Assembly (NCBI GenBank): GCA_012295275.1
Contig: CM022670.1
Coordinates: 15,314,001-15,378,000 of the forward strand
From: Chrysomallon squamiferum
Lineage: Eukaryota; Animalia; Mollusca
Reading direction: 5' to 3'
Length of the DNA stretch: 64,000 nucleotides
A model generated the notes under the pieces. It saw only the letters and a list, made by a program, of their open reading frames with translations, had not been told where the DNA came from and did not search any database. Position numbers and translations under genes: made by a program. Every line of letters begins with the position of its first letter. The stretch's first letter is position 1. Positions 27,584 through 42,461 of the stretch are shown here, in pieces.

Positions 27584-29101
27584 GTAAGATACGAAAGAAA
27601 GCAATGTAGACAATCTTACGATGTCGGAAAACATTTCTAATATATATATATAAAAGATAAATATATATTTAAATGGATAGGATATACTTAAGATATTTTC
27701 TCATTCATGAGTAAATAAATTTTATAATTAAACCAAATTACAAAATATTGACTACTGGGAAGTAAACCGGGACATATTTTTCCCCTCCTTCTTTCTTTCC
27801 ATAATCATGACCGCGGTATAGAAAGTATTACGTATATAAATGTTACAAATGTCCAAGTGCGTACAAGTTGCACTCTTTCTTACTGTGATTTATGAGTTGA
27901 CAGAAACATACCAAGATGTTGACCTAGAGGGAACTTTATTGTTTGTGTCGGGGTTTGACCATGTAATTTTTAAAAAAGTGCATTTCTGAACTATTATTAT
28001 GTATGCTTGGTATTAACACATCAAACAATGACAGCAATACCGATTATGAAGTAGTAATGTACTAATAAGAGAAATAGTACTAAGTTACTAGTATAACTAG
28101 TAGAAATAGCAGTGGTAATTAGTATTGATTATGTTACTGATACTACAATTAGTATCAGACAATGACAGATTTAACTGCAGTATTAGTATTATTAGTAATG
28201 ACATAAAGTATGTTAGAATATACATAGCTAACTATAGTTACCGCATTTTAATTGTTTGGATTTTTTTGCTTTTCTTTTACTTGTCTGTCTGTATTAATTG
28301 ACTGACACACATTTAAATAATTTTACGTATAATTTATTCTTATTAGTAAACGAAAATAAAACACCTGTTGACAAATGACGAAGTCAAGAAGTAGGTCACG
28401 CTTATTAGATAACGTTTGATCAACTAATACAGATACAGTTTAATATAAAACGAGGAAATGGTACCACAAAGAAGAACTAAAGAGATTAATGACAGGCAGC
28501 GTCATTTCCTTTCAAAGATCTATATAAAAGTACTAGAGTCAAAATACTAAATATCATTCACTTACAGCCTTTTGAGATTTCACATCTTGTACAAAAAATC
28601 TTTAAGTATTATAGAGGTATTTCATATTTAAATAGAAGAAAGTTAGCAAAGAGTTTATATTATGATCAGCCAAACGTAGTCCTGTGAAAACAGGTTATTA
28701 CAAAAATATTTACAGTAATTCTACAAGACATGTATAACTATTGTAAGTTAAAACTGTTATAGTTAGTGAAAATGTGTTTAAAATAATTATAATTATTTTG
28801 TTCTTTGTAACTTTTTATTAATTATAATATACAGGTATTTCATATTTGAATAGAAAAAAGTCAGCAAGTATTTTATATTATGGTCAACTAAACGTATTTC
28901 TGTGATAGACATGGTTATTACATGAATATTTAGTTATTTTGTAAGTCCTGTTCAAACTGTTATATTTAGTGAAAATGTGTTTAAAATAATTATAATCACT
29001 TTGTGTTCTTTCTAATCTTTTACTTATTATATTCAAAAGACGAAGTACAAATCATAAAGAAACACTTAATTTTTTGAAATATATTATAAATTTAGTTTAA
29101 G

Positions 29102-29175
<74 letters not shown>

Positions 29176-29254
29176 GCACACATATATACACGTTTTTTTA
29201 AAATGTCAGTCCTAAGTGTAATATAATAAATTTGTTGTTCACAGTCACAACAAA

Positions 29255-29476
29255 ATGATGAAGCTCCTGGTTGCCGTGTTTCTGGTCTGTATGGTTGTTG
29301 CCACAGTTTCAAGCAGCTACACCTACGGCAGTCGTTACGGCAGTCGCTACGGCGGTCGCTATGGAGGATATCCATTGGGAATGGGAATGAACATGGGCAT
29401 GTACAGAAACATGGACTACATCGGAAACCTCGGTCTCTATGGAAACATGGGTGGATATGGATACGGATATTATTAA
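29255..29476 (+). CDS. Family B copy B4 (73 aa)
   Basis: Intact ORF. Type-Y promoter (AGGTCA 28393, TATATAAA 28521) and type-Y 3' exon (~29892). The exon-1 donor looks mutated. Confidence 0.87.
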   Translation: MMKLLVAVFLVCMVVATVSSSYTYGSRYGSRYGGRYGGYPLGMGMNMGMYRNMDYIGNLGLYGNMGGYGYGYY

Positions 29477-30744
29477 AGTAATGTAAGTATTTCTATTTGT
29501 TGTTGTTGTTTTCATTATTATTGCGGTTGTTGTTGTAATTTTGCCATTGTTCTTATAAATATAAATATAAGAGAATAATACCATATAACAAATTAATATT
29601 AATAACAAAAATTCAAATATTAAAAAAGAATTCATATTCAGTTAATTTTTCTTTTTTAAAAAAAATCTTTCTATACGTTATGTGTAATGTAACATTTCTA
29701 TAGCAAAGTTAGCTATTTTTCCATGTAGTATTTAAAAAGATATAGATATGTAATAATTTATATTTGTGAACGTTTATATTTGTTAAAGTTTATATTGGTA
29801 TAAAGTTTATATTTTTTAAAGTTTATATTTGTGAAAGTTTATATTTGTTAAATTGATATTAGTAAAAAAAAATGATTTGTTGTTGTTGCAGATGATGACG
29901 TGGACATGAAGAGTGAGTGGCTGATTGAAGAGAAATTTTGAAAATAAATTTGTAATTAGTGTACAAAGTTTCATATGAAAATAAATGTCATCAAAAATAT
30001 TATATAATGTTTGTTTATTTTATTTTATTTATTTATTTTTTTTTTTTTTTTGGAAACGGGGTTGGGTTATTTTTATACAACAAGTTTTGGTGATAGTTAA
30101 ATTTGCTGATGAAAATCCTGTTACTACTGAGAAAATATAAACAAATATTACACATAAAACATTGCTTATGACTAAATCTTTGGTGTCTTCTAAAATATTA
30201 CACAGTGTTTCTCTAACCAGATCTGAAAATTAATTATTTTATTTCGTGTTACATTTATCTAATTCGGCAGTAGAACAGGAATTTTGTTTAAAAACATATT
30301 GCTTATTTGTTTATTTATTTATTTATTTATGATTATTTTTATTATTATTTTTGTTTTAATGATTTGACATATGTCGTGAAAAGGGCTTTATCCTGTATCC
30401 TTAAAACATTTTTTTAGTATCATCCCGAATTACAATTAATTTAGCTTTTTAAGAGGCCACTCAAATTACATTTTTTATTATTATTATTTTTTGTATTATT
30501 ATTATTATTATTTTTTGACATTTGTTAAAATTACAAATGGTGATTTCATCTATACCATATTTTAAAATATTATTCTAGTAAAACTATTACATTAATTTTT
30601 GTTGCGTTGCTGTTTTATAAACATAACGGTCTACAGTGGGAAAAAATGAAAATAAAATGAATGTATTCTGCAACGGGTCCAGAATACAGCAGCACGCACT
30701 GCGAATAGAACAGTAAGTCGCAGTGGCATATCGCTGTAGGACAC

Positions 30745-30895
30745 AACCTCCTGGTCCATACACTCAACGCCTTGAACGATCGTTCCCCAGGGTAAATCAA
30801 GGACATGCTGGAAGTGTACAGGCCAAGTACGACATCATGGAGGCCGAAACAACAGCTACATTCAAAACACTACTAAAAACCCATTTCTTTCAAAT
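30745..30895 (+). mobile_element. Internally deleted duplicate of the LINE fragment
   Basis: Shares CCTTGAACGATCG...AAGGACATGCTGGAAGTGTACAG and ACATTCAAAACACTACTAAA with 25195-25450 at the same position in the duplicated unit. Confidence 0.65.
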
Positions 30896-31758
30896 CCACT
30901 TTATTTTATGTTTTATTTGTACAGTTTTAAAATGTTCAAGCTAGTCTATTAATTATCTTATAAATTTATAATATGTAAATTATTTATATTTACCACCGTT
31001 TTAACATGTTAACCATCATGTTTACACTTATTTTAATATGTTTATGTCCATGTCTTTTTATATTTTAGTTTATTAGTTTACTCTGTAAAGCACCCTTGAA
31101 CTTACTTAGTGTGGACAATAGATAGTATAGATATCTGAACGATTTTGTCAAAACGTCAGATTTCAAAATAGCACTATTACACTAAATTTACTGCAATACA
31201 ACAAAACTGGGTCTCATTCGTGAGATGTATAACTGAGATTATTATTTCTTAACTTGACTTTCATACTGAAACGTTAATTCCAAATACGCGTATATTTTCG
31301 GATATTCAAATATGTATGTATGTTTGTGTGTCTGTGTGTGTATAAGTGTGTGTGTCTGTTTGTACGTTTGTGTCCGTTTGTACGTTTGTGTCCATTTGCG
31401 AGTATATATATATTTAACTCTGTGTTTGCAAATAGGTATTTGTGTTTATTTATGTGTTTGTGTGTTTGAATACCAAACATTTGAATTTTTGCCTGCTTGT
31501 TCTCTGTCATTATTCCTTCACTGTTTTCTTACACAACTTCACAATTAATACGGTATGATACGTTTTTGAACAAGACAAAACAAGATAAAAAGTAGATTTT
31601 AAATATGATTTATTTTATATGATACTTTGTACAAATGCAGCGATCTTTAAGGTTTCTGTCAACATTATCTTCGGGACTGGTTAAAATCTGTGAAAAATAA
31701 AGAGCAATAAAAAATAATAAATAAAAAATTAACAAAAAACAACAACAACAACAACAAC

Positions 31759-31792
<34 letters not shown>

Positions 31793-31861
31793 GTAATAAT
31801 AGTAATATAAACAACAATAATGATAATGACAATAACAACAAATAGAAATACTTACATTAGT

Positions 31862-32083
31862 TTAATAATATCCGTATCCGTATCCACCCATGTTTCCATA
31901 GAGACCGAGGTTTCCGATGTAGTCCATGTTTCTGTACATGCCCATATTCATTCCCATTCCCAATGGATATCCTCCATAGCGACCGCCGTAGCGACTGCCG
32001 TAGCGACTGCCGTAGGTGTAGCCGCTTGAGACTGTGGCAACAACCATACAGACCAAAAAAACGACAACCAGGAGCTTCATCAT
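31862..32083 (-). CDS. Family B copy B5 (73 aa)
   Basis: True start is ATGATG at 32083; the ORF track extends into the intron. Mature part starts GYTYGSRY. Type-X promoter and 3' exon. Confidence 0.9.
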   Translation of the reverse strand: MMKLLVVVFLVCMVVATVSSGYTYGSRYGSRYGGRYGGYPLGMGMNMGMYRNMDYIGNLGLYGNMGGYGYGYY

Positions 32084-32197
32084 TTTGTTGATCTGTGAAA
32101 ACGTAAGTAAGCAACAGACTGAAAACACACAGAACTATAATATTTAAAATCGTATGAGCTTAGAGTTTAATATTAAAATCAATTTTGTCATCAAAAG

Positions 32198-32273
<76 letters not shown>

Positions 32274-32600
32274 AAACAGTGTATACTTACCAAAGTTGTT
32301 CTTTAAGATGTGAATTCTCAAAAGGTGAATGTGAATGACGCTGAAAATCTAGAAAAAACCTTATTTTATACAAAAATTGTCAGATAAAAAGAAGGAAATG
32401 TCTGTCATTGGTAAGATCCTAGTTTGATTTCACTACCAGTGCTTCCGTGTAGATCTTAATTTGTGTACGTAACACATACACAGTGATTAAGTGATAGCTA
32501 TTTTTGTAACTCAAATATCAAATGTCTTTTCATGTCATATTTTGGTGTTTATTAATAATTATTATTCTTGGCAAACCTACTGGGCATTGGGAAAGAAAAC

Positions 32601-32715
<115 letters not shown>

Positions 32716-34329
32716 ATTTGAATCATATCTCATTACTGCATACACATTTCAAACTAAAATTAACTTCATAAACTGATATTTTCTAAACAGTAGAGAAGAG
32801 AAGTAGCTTTCTAAAACACAACAAATGGGAGTAACATGCAAAAGAAAGCAGTGTAGACAACCTTACGATATCGGGAAACATTACTAATATATATATTTTT
32901 AAATAATAAAAAGATGAACATATATTTAAATGCATAGGATATACTTAAGGTATTTTCTCATTCATGAGTAGATAAATTTTATAATTAAACCAAATTATAA
33001 AATATTGACTACTGGGAAGTAAACCGGGACATTTTTTTTGTTTTTCCTCTTCGTCTTCAATAATCATGACAGCGGTATAGAAAGTATTACGTGTATAAAT
33101 GATAAAAGCTTCTACTGTACAAGTTGCAGTGTTTCTTACTCTGATTAATGAGTTGACATAAACATACTAAGATGCTGACCTAGAAGGAACTTTATTGTTT
33201 GTGTAAGGGTTTGGCTATGTCATTTTTCAGAAATTGTAACTCTGAATTATTATTATGTACGCTTGGCATTAACATATCAAACAGTGACGTAACAACAGTA
33301 ATTAATATTAGAAAGGAGTAATGTACTAATATTAAGAAGTAATACTGTACTAATAAGCGAAGTAGTACTAAGTTAGTAGTACAAGTAGTAGTAGCAGAAA
33401 CAGTAGCAATAGAAGTAGCAGTGGTAATTAGAATTGATTCTATTGCTGATGGTAACAGCAGTGATACATTTAATTATAGTATTAGTATTACTAGTAATGA
33501 CGTAAATCACCATATAAAGTGTACACAGTTTAACATATATAATAATAACTATAGTGTATGTATATTAAATGTATATTATTTTTCACTCTGTATTAATTGT
33601 TTGACATATATCTTAAACTATTTTACGTATAATTTATTCTTATTAGTAAACGAAAATAGAACATCTTTTGACAAATGACGAAGTCAAAAAGTAGTTCACG
33701 CTGTTCGAAATCTGGTTAATGTTTGATCAACTAATATAGCTAAGATTAATACGAAACAAGGAAATGGTACCACAAAGAAAAAGTAAACAGATTAATGACA
33801 GGCAGCGTCATTTCCTTTCAAAGATCTGTATAAAAGTACTAGAGTCAAAATACTAAATATCATTCACTTACAGCCTTTTAAGATACACTTCTTGTACAAG
33901 AAAACTTGTAAGTATTATAAAGATATTTCATATTTAAATACAAAATGGTCAGCAAAGATTTTATATTATGATCAGCTACACGTAGTTCTGTGATAAACAG
34001 GATTATTACAAAAATATTTACAGTAATTTTACAAGTCCTGTTTAAATGTTATATTTAGTGAAAATAATTATAATCATTTTGTTCGTTCTAACCTTTAATT
34101 TATTATAATACAGAGGTATTTCATATTTGAATAGAAAAAAGTCAGCAAAGATTTTATATTATGGTCAACTAAAGGTATTTCTGTGATAGACATGGTTATT
34201 ACAAAAACATTTAAAGTTATTTCTAAAGTCCTGTTTAAAGTGTTATATTTAGTGAAAATGTATTTTAAAAAATCTAACCTTTTACTTATTGTAATGAAAA
34301 GACGAAGTACAAATCATAAAGAAACAGCT

Positions 34330-34396
<67 letters not shown>

Positions 34397-34505
34397 CATC
34401 TTAATTTAATGTCTAAATCTTTAAACTTAAACGTATTTAAAATATCAAAGTCCTCTGTGTAAATTTTAATTTTGTTTTTTACTTACGTTTTCACAGATCA
34501 ACAAA

Positions 34506-34726
34506 ATGATGAAGCTCCTGGTTGTCGTGTTTTTGGTCTGTATGGTTGTTGCCACAGTTTCAAGCAGCTACACCTACGGCAGTCGTTACGGCAGTCGTTA
34601 TGGGGTCGCTTTGGAGGATATCCACTGGGAATGGGAATGAACATGGGTATGTACAGAAACATGGACTACATCGGAAACCTCGGTCTTTATGGAAACATGG
34701 GTGGATACGGATACGGATATTATTAA
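34506..34726 (+). pseudogene. Family B copy B6, single-base frameshift as assembled
   Basis: 221 nt instead of 222. TATGGGGTCGC lacks one base relative to TACGGCGGTCGC/TACGGGGGTCGC, giving ...GSRYGVALEDIHWEWE*. May be a homopolymer sequencing error. Confidence 0.7.
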
Positions 34727-37449
34727 ACTAATGTAAGTATTTCTATTTATTATTATTTTACCATTGTTCTTATAAATATAAGAGAATAATACCATTTAAT
34801 AAATTAATATTAATGTTAAAATTTCAAATATTAAAAAATAAAATTCGTATTCAATCAATTTTACTTTTTTACAAAAAATATTTCTACACGTTCTGTGTAA
34901 TGCAAAACATAAAAGTGACATTTTCTATAGCAAAGCTAGCTATTCTTCCATGCAGTATTTAAAAAGATACATATGTGTAATAATTTGTGAAAGTTTATAT
35001 TTGTTAAATGACATAAAAATATATTAATATGTAATGGTTTATTTTTTTAAAGTTTACATTTGTTAACGTTTATATTTGTTAAAGGTTTATTTTTGTTAAA
35101 GTTTACATTTGTTAACGTTTATATTTTTGAAAGTTTATGTTTGTTAAAGTTTATATTTGTAAAAGTTTATATTTGTTGTTGTTACAGATGATGACGTGGT
35201 CATGACGAGAGCGACGTGGTTGACTGAAGAAACGTTTTGAAACTAAATTTGTAATTAGTGTACAAAGTCTCTTATGAAAATAAAATTCATTAGAAGAATT
35301 ATAATTTTTTTGTTGTATTTCTCTGTAAGGTGTTTTGTATAAGAATTGTAGTTGCGGTAGCAGCAGCAGGAACAGTAGTAGTAGTAGTAATATTAATAAT
35401 AATAAGAACACTAACAACGGTAACAATAACAACAACAACAACAACAACAACAACAATAATAATAATAATAATAATAATAATTTATTTTTAGTTATCAGTT
35501 AGGCACGTAATTTAGGTTGGAAAACAGCACAGTTTTATGATTTGTAATCCAGTGGTATATAACACAGAAAGAAAAAAAAATATCTCACACTAAATATCAC
35601 ACATGAAGGAAACTTGTAGACACGAAACACACGATCAAAATCACAAGACACTTTCACTTTGTTATTTACATGTTCTAATTATGTGTTCCGCTCTGACAAC
35701 TTTTACACTACCAGATAATTCACATTTTAAAAAATATTTTCATTGAAAATTATGTTTTCTTATTTTCTTAGGAATAATTTTCGCTAGTCTGGCAAGTATA
35801 ATATGAGATAATAATAATATTTTACTTTTTATTATTTTTATTTCATGATATAACTATTTTAATAAGGCAACAGAGAAAGGAATTTTATTTAAAAACATTG
35901 TAATTAATTAACTTCTTTTTTGAAAATCTTTTGACATACGACACCAACAGGGCTTTATTTGTTAATTTCAAAAATAATATAATCATCAAAACAAATTTTG
36001 CAGTTTATTCATTTGTTTTTATTTTTCCTCTTTTCAGTTTTCATTTTATTTTTAATTTTCTTCCATAAAGTGCATTCTTTTTAATATCATTTTCGAAAAT
36101 TCTTGGCAGTTATAGTTAATTTAGTTGTTTAAAAAATATATACTATTAAAATTAGTTATGATCAGTACAGTCGGTTTAAGCTGTCTACATGTGTTAAGAC
36201 TCTGCACACAGACAGTATTGGGGAAGATACTGGTTCAAGAGGACGAGGTTCAGTCACAACCTCGCAAATGTCAGATGGCAGCCATTCGCCTGATCTCTGG
36301 AGTCAGACAACGATGTCACTCAGTCATTAGGTTTGGTCATTAATTTACCAAGATATAGCTTATTTCCATCAGAGAAATGTCCAAGCAAGCCTATTATGGA
36401 CACAATCTTTGACGTCGCGAGAAAGTTGTATAAAAGACAGGGAGATCATTCAGATTCAAAACGTTATCTTTATTTCATAAAGTTTGTTCTCAAAACGTAC
36501 AACAGTAAAATGTCTATTGAAGATGAATTAACGTTTGATATTTTAAATACTAAAATTTGCACAATCATTCGGGATGGAAAACCGTGTGTAGAGAATATAT
36601 TTATTTGTGGTTTCACCTTTATTATATTTTAAAATATTATTCTAATAAAACTATTACAGGGTTCTTGTTTTTTTCTGCCTTTGATATTTGATAATCGTAA
36701 AAGTCTACAGTGTTAGAAATAAAAAGTAATTAAAAATCTATAAACAAAATTAAATAAGTATACAATTAATTTTGAATATAACAGGTCTTAAGTAACGAAT
36801 GCACATCTAAATCGAGGATAAAAGAATAAACAAAGAAAAAAAACTACCGTTTTTGTTATTTTTCACATATTTTTATATGTTAAAAGTTAGTTGTTCCTTT
36901 CTGCTTATTATACCTCTTTATTCCTTCCTTAATATTATTATATGTATTAAATGGCCTTTAAAAAGATTCTCGTTAAATGCAATAGATAATGTTATGGACT
37001 TTTGTTGTTAAATCGCTAAATTTCAAAATACCCTGCACGAACTCTGAAGATACGTACTATTATACTACGTGCAGTGCTAAACATCAAAATGTTTGTATGG
37101 CTTTGTGTATTGGTTTGAGTCTGTATGTGTTAATAAGATTCAGTTGATTTTTGAATATTTAAGGTATCCTCCCAAAAGACAGACGTCCCATAACGCAGAT
37201 GCATTAAAACAACACACGACTGAGCGCATTACTAATGACCTGCCGTTTACCTTGAAAAATACCTTTAATAGAGATCATGGAACAGTCTGATACAACTAAA
37301 TAAAGAACACAGAACAAAATTTTATAAAATTAGATTTATTTATAGATTTTAACATGTCCATTTGACGTATTTTTATCCTAATTTTAAAAAATGTCCAACG
37401 GCATGGGTGTTTTCAGACTCACGAGTCTATTTTCCGTCTGTTTATAAAC

Positions 37450-38265
37450 TCTCTTTCTTGATGGTCGGACAGATCCAATGTTTATCTATTTGAATTTATC
37501 ACGTTCTGATGTTTCCATTCCTTTTATCAGTTCTACAAATCTGTATATATTTGAATGGTGAAGCTGAACTGACTGATTCATTCTGGAATGAAAACTCTCC
37601 AGATTAATGCCTTGTTCTGGGGCCAGTGTTCAGTGATGGTTCCACAAAATCAAAGTAAATCTGGCGTCATCGTCTACCCATGTAGAAACGACATAATCAT
37701 TTAATATTTCCGCCTGTGCAACATCAGGTCCGCTATCCATGGCTTCAAACCACGGATCCTGCTTCGATTTGCTTATCTGAAGAAAACACAAAAATGTTTT
37801 CTTCATTTCCTTTGCCAAATCAAAGATAGCGTCTTCCGTCATTTGCCTTTATCTGTGGTTCTTCTATGTTGACATCTTCTATGTTGACATCGGCTCTAGT
37901 TTCTGTCTGAACAATGCAGTGCTCATACTGGGAAAGGAAGGCAAATGATGAACAGTTTCTGATGTTGGCTTTGCAACCTCATCATTGTGTATTTGCTGCA
38001 TTGGTGTTATTTCTTCTCTTGCTAGCTTTCGTACTGTGCTGATAAACAGAGCAATATTCGGGTCACTTGGAAGATGGTTGTGTTCTGGTGTGTTCTGAAC
38101 AAAATCGCCGACAGTGGTGCACTTCACGGTACACGTTTTTGTCACGGATCTTCACGGAAAGTTTTCCCATCTGACGCGATTCTTTGCAAAAAGAAATCCG
38201 TCCAGTATTATTTGTGGTCTACTTTTTTGTGACTGAACAACTTCTACCATTCTAAGATCAGCCAT
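37450..38265 (-). mobile_element. Degenerate FLYWCH/MULE (Mutator-like) transposase fragment
   Basis: Minus strand from ATG 38265: ...QIILDGFLFAKNRV...TKTCTVKC...EHNH (FLYWCH-like zinc finger). Downstream DYVVSTWV...LWNH..GPRT...LESFHSRMN...HSNIYRFVELIK resembles MULE transposase C-termini. Stops, frameshifts and an internal deletion are present. The block ~37092-38665 is absent from the inverted copy. Confidence 0.72.
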
Positions 38266-38918
38266 GACAACAAAACGTGATTCTGTTTTTGGTAGGTACA
38301 TATAATTCATGTATAAGAACTTTTATATGTTAGACATAACATGTGATTCGCTATGGTTTAAATGTATGATCAGTGAAATAGAAGACATTGGTCGTTTGAG
38401 ACATAATAATCGTTGATATGTAAATAATGTCTATCTGAAAGGAAATGAACTGAATACGGATGTTGTAGTGGAGAAGCCCACGAGCTAAACTCTAAAACCG
38501 GGGACTTCATAATACACAGTATCTTTACATTTGTTCATTTCACTTAGCAGATTACATTAAAGTTCTCCTAGTAGCTTGTGTGGAACTGGTAGATATAACA
38601 ACAACAACATGCGGTAGTATGCTGAAGAGACAAAACTCCACCATTTATATCAGTTGATATAAAATATGGATATTATATACATTTTTATAGATAACAACAC
38701 CAAAAGTAGATTTTAAATATGATTTATTCTCTGTGATATTTTGTACAACAAATGCAGCGGTTTTCTAGGATTCTCTCAACGACATTATCTTCGGGACTGG
38801 TTAAAATCTGTCTACAAATGAAAGAACAAAAATAAATAAATAAATAATAGAATTAATAATAATAATAATTATAACAATAATAATAACAACAACAACAACA
38901 ACAAATACTTACATTGCT

Positions 38919-39139
38919 TTAGTAATATCCGTATCCGTATCCTCCCATGTTTCCATAGAGACCGAGGTTTCCGATGTAGTCCATGTTTCTGTACATACCC
39001 ATGTTCATTCCCATTCCCAATGGATATCCTCCAAAGCGACTCACGTAACGACTGCTGTAGCGACTGCCGTAGGTGTAGCCGCTTGAAACTGTGGCAACAA
39101 CCATACAGACCAAAACACGACAACCAGAAGTTTCATCAT
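38919..39139 (-). pseudogene. Family B copy B7, single-base frameshift in the signal peptide; chimeric flanks
   Basis: 221 nt. GTGTTTTGG has one T fewer than the GTGTTTTTGG of intact copies. Variant GSRYSSRYVSRF. Type-Y promoter (~39330-39570) but type-X 3' exon (~38807). Confidence 0.72.
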
Positions 39140-40461
39140 TTTGTTGATCTGTGAAAACGTAAGTAAGAAACAGACTGAAAACACATAGACTATAATATTT
39201 TAAATACGTTTAAGCTAACAGTTAAACGTTTCTTCATGAATTGGTCTTCATTATTTCATCATTTCATTATAAAAAAGCGAGAGAAATTCTCTTTTTTTTC
39301 TATTTAAATATTAAATACCTCTATAATACTTACAAGTTTTCTTGTACAAGAAACGAAATCAAAAAAGACTGAGTGAATGATACTAAACATTTAGACTCAA
39401 GTACTTTTATATAGATCTTTGAAAGGAAATGATGCTGCCTGTCATTAATCTGTTTAGTTTAGTGGTACCATTTCCTCCGTTTTATATTAATCTCTGTCTG
39501 TATTAGTTGATCAAACGTTACCCAGTTTTCTAACAAGCCTGATCTACTTTTTGACTCCGTCATTAGTCAAAAGATGTTCTATTTTCGTTTACTAATAAGA
39601 ATAAATTATTCGTATAACAACAGAATTGTCAAGAAATGAAAATATACTGAGGAGAAATATTTGTCATTTCTCATTATTTAAGATGCGATTCACTGTAGTT
39701 AACATTATATTTATACATACTCTGTAAACTTTATAAGTTACTACAATTACATCTATCACTGTTAATCATTATCAATATAATCAGTTCTAATTTCAACTAC
39801 TGTTACTTCTTTTACTACTGTTCCTGCTACTACTACTAGTTATAATACTTAGTTCTATTTCTCTTGTTAGTACATTACTACTTCATAATCGGTATTGCTG
39901 TCATTGTTTGATGTGTTAATACCAAGCATTCGTAATAATAATTCAGAGTTGCAATTTTTGAAAAATTACGTGGTCAAACGCCGACACAAAAAAAATAAAC
40001 TTCCTTCTGTGTCAAGTTCTTTGTATGTTTCTGTCAACTCATTAATCACAGTAAGAAACAGTGCATCTTGTACAGTGGAAACTTTTATTGTTTATATACG
40101 TAATACTTTCATTACCGCTGTCATGAAAATAGAACATAGACAGGGGGAGGAAATGTACTGGTTAATTTCTTGTTTACTACTCAGTATTTCATAGTTTGTG
40201 AATTTTATTTTTCTCTAAATGAGATGATAGTTTAAGTATATCCTATCTATTTAAATATTTATTTATATTTTATTATTAAAAAAAATTAAAAATGCTTTCC
40301 GACGCAAGATACTTACTGTCATTTGTTTTGAGAAAAAAATTATATTTCCTTTCTCTCTTGTTTACAAAAAATTATTTTATTAAATTAATTTTATTTTAAA
40401 ATATATATGCAATGAAATATAATCAAAATAGTGCATTTATTATGTATTTCGGTTATTCATT

Positions 40462-40534
<73 letters not shown>

Positions 40535-40861
40535 CCTTCTCAATGCCCACTACGTTTACCAAGAATAATTATTATTAATAAACACAAAAATATGACATGA
40601 AAAGACATTTGATATTTGAGTGACAAAAATAGCTATCACTTAATCACTGTATCAGTCTGTTACGTACACAAATTAAGAACTACACGGAAGCACTGGTAGT
40701 GAAATCAAACAACGAACTTACCAATGACAGACATTTCCTTCTTTTTATCCGACAATTTTTGTATAAAATAAGGTTTTTTCTAGATTTTCAGCGTCATTCA
40801 CATTCAACTTTTGAGAATTCACATCTTAAAGAACAACTTTGGTAAGTATACACTGTTTTAA

Positions 40862-41003
<142 letters not shown>

Positions 41004-41249
41004 TTACATTCGTTCACAGTCACTCATCTCTCTATGTGTTCACCTGTCTTTCTTTTTACTTTACTTCTTAAATCGAATCTGTATAATGGAATATTTCCAT
41101 AAGAAAGAGGTAGCTTAAAAAAAAATTCGATCAAACTTTTGATGACAAAATTGATTTTAATATTAAACTCTAAGCTCATATTTTTTTAAATATTATAGTT
41201 CTATGTGTTTTCAATCTGTTGCTTACTTACGTTTTCACAGTTCAACAAA

Positions 41250-41471
41250 ATGATGAAGCTTATGGTTGTCGTGTTTTTGGTCTGTATGGTTGTTGCCACA
41301 GTTTCAAGCGGCTACACCTACGGCAGTCGCTACGGCAGTCGTTACGTGAGTCGCTTTGGAGGATATCCACTGGGAATGGGAATGAACATGGGCATGTACA
41401 GAAACATGGACTACATGGGAAACCTCGGTCTCTATGGAAACATGGGTGGATACGGATACGGATATTACTAA
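41250..41471 (+). CDS. Family B copy B8 (73 aa)
   Basis: MMKLMVVVFLVCMVVATVSS-GYTYGSRYGSRYVSRFGGYPLGMGMNMGMYRNMDYMGNLGLYGNMGGYGYGYY*. Type-X promoter on the + strand (TATAAAA 40762, donor 40842) and type-X 3' exon (~42083). Confidence 0.9.
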   Translation: MMKLMVVVFLVCMVVATVSSGYTYGSRYGSRYVSRFGGYPLGMGMNMGMYRNMDYMGNLGLYGNMGGYGYGYY

Positions 41472-41964
41472 AGTAATGTAAGTATTTGCTATTGCTGTTA
41501 TTATTATTATTTTGTTTTTTTGTTGTTGTTTTTTAAATTATTTATTACTATATTTTTTTATATACTGCAGAGTATTATGTTTATAAAATACCAAAGGCAC
41601 AAAAATTACTAATAGTTTTATTAGAATTATATTTTTAAATATGGTATAGCTGAAACACAAAAATGCCTGCAATTTTCATAAATAATAAAAAGATGAATAT
41701 TATTTTAAAAAGAATAACAAAATGTTTTAGCAGAAGAATAATAACAGTTAGAAAACATTACTTCAGTGAATTCATTTTTCAAACCATATACTGGCTGATG
41801 TGTGATATGTAGTGTAAGATATTTTCTTTTCTTTCTAAGCAATACACTGCTGAATTACAAATCACCAAATCTTCAAATAAACGTTTTTGCCGTTATCGAG
41901 CATCAACATTGCTTTATATGTATTGCAACCTACCTCATTAATAAAAATATATGTTTTTTATTGC

Positions 41965-42034
<70 letters not shown>

Positions 42035-42418
42035 GCTTTTATTTATTTATTTATTTATTGTTTTTTTCTTTATTACAGACAGATTTTGGCCAGTCCCGAA
42101 GATAATGTCGTTGACAGAAAACCAGAAAACCGCTGCATTTGTTGTACATATCATATAGAATAAATCTTATTTAAATTCTACTTTTTATCTTGTCCTGTAT
42201 AAAAATAGATATAATATATGTATTAATTGTGAAGTTGTGTAAGAAGATAGTCAAGGACTAATAGTCAAGAGAACAAACGAACAAGAATTCACATTTTTGT
42301 TTTTCATAATCTTCATGTCAGACAAACACATCATGCAAAAACACACATAAATACACAGACGTATATGCAAACAGACAGTGAAATATATAAAATGTAACGA
42401 ATCAACTCAATCTCATAA

Positions 42419-42461
<43 letters not shown>

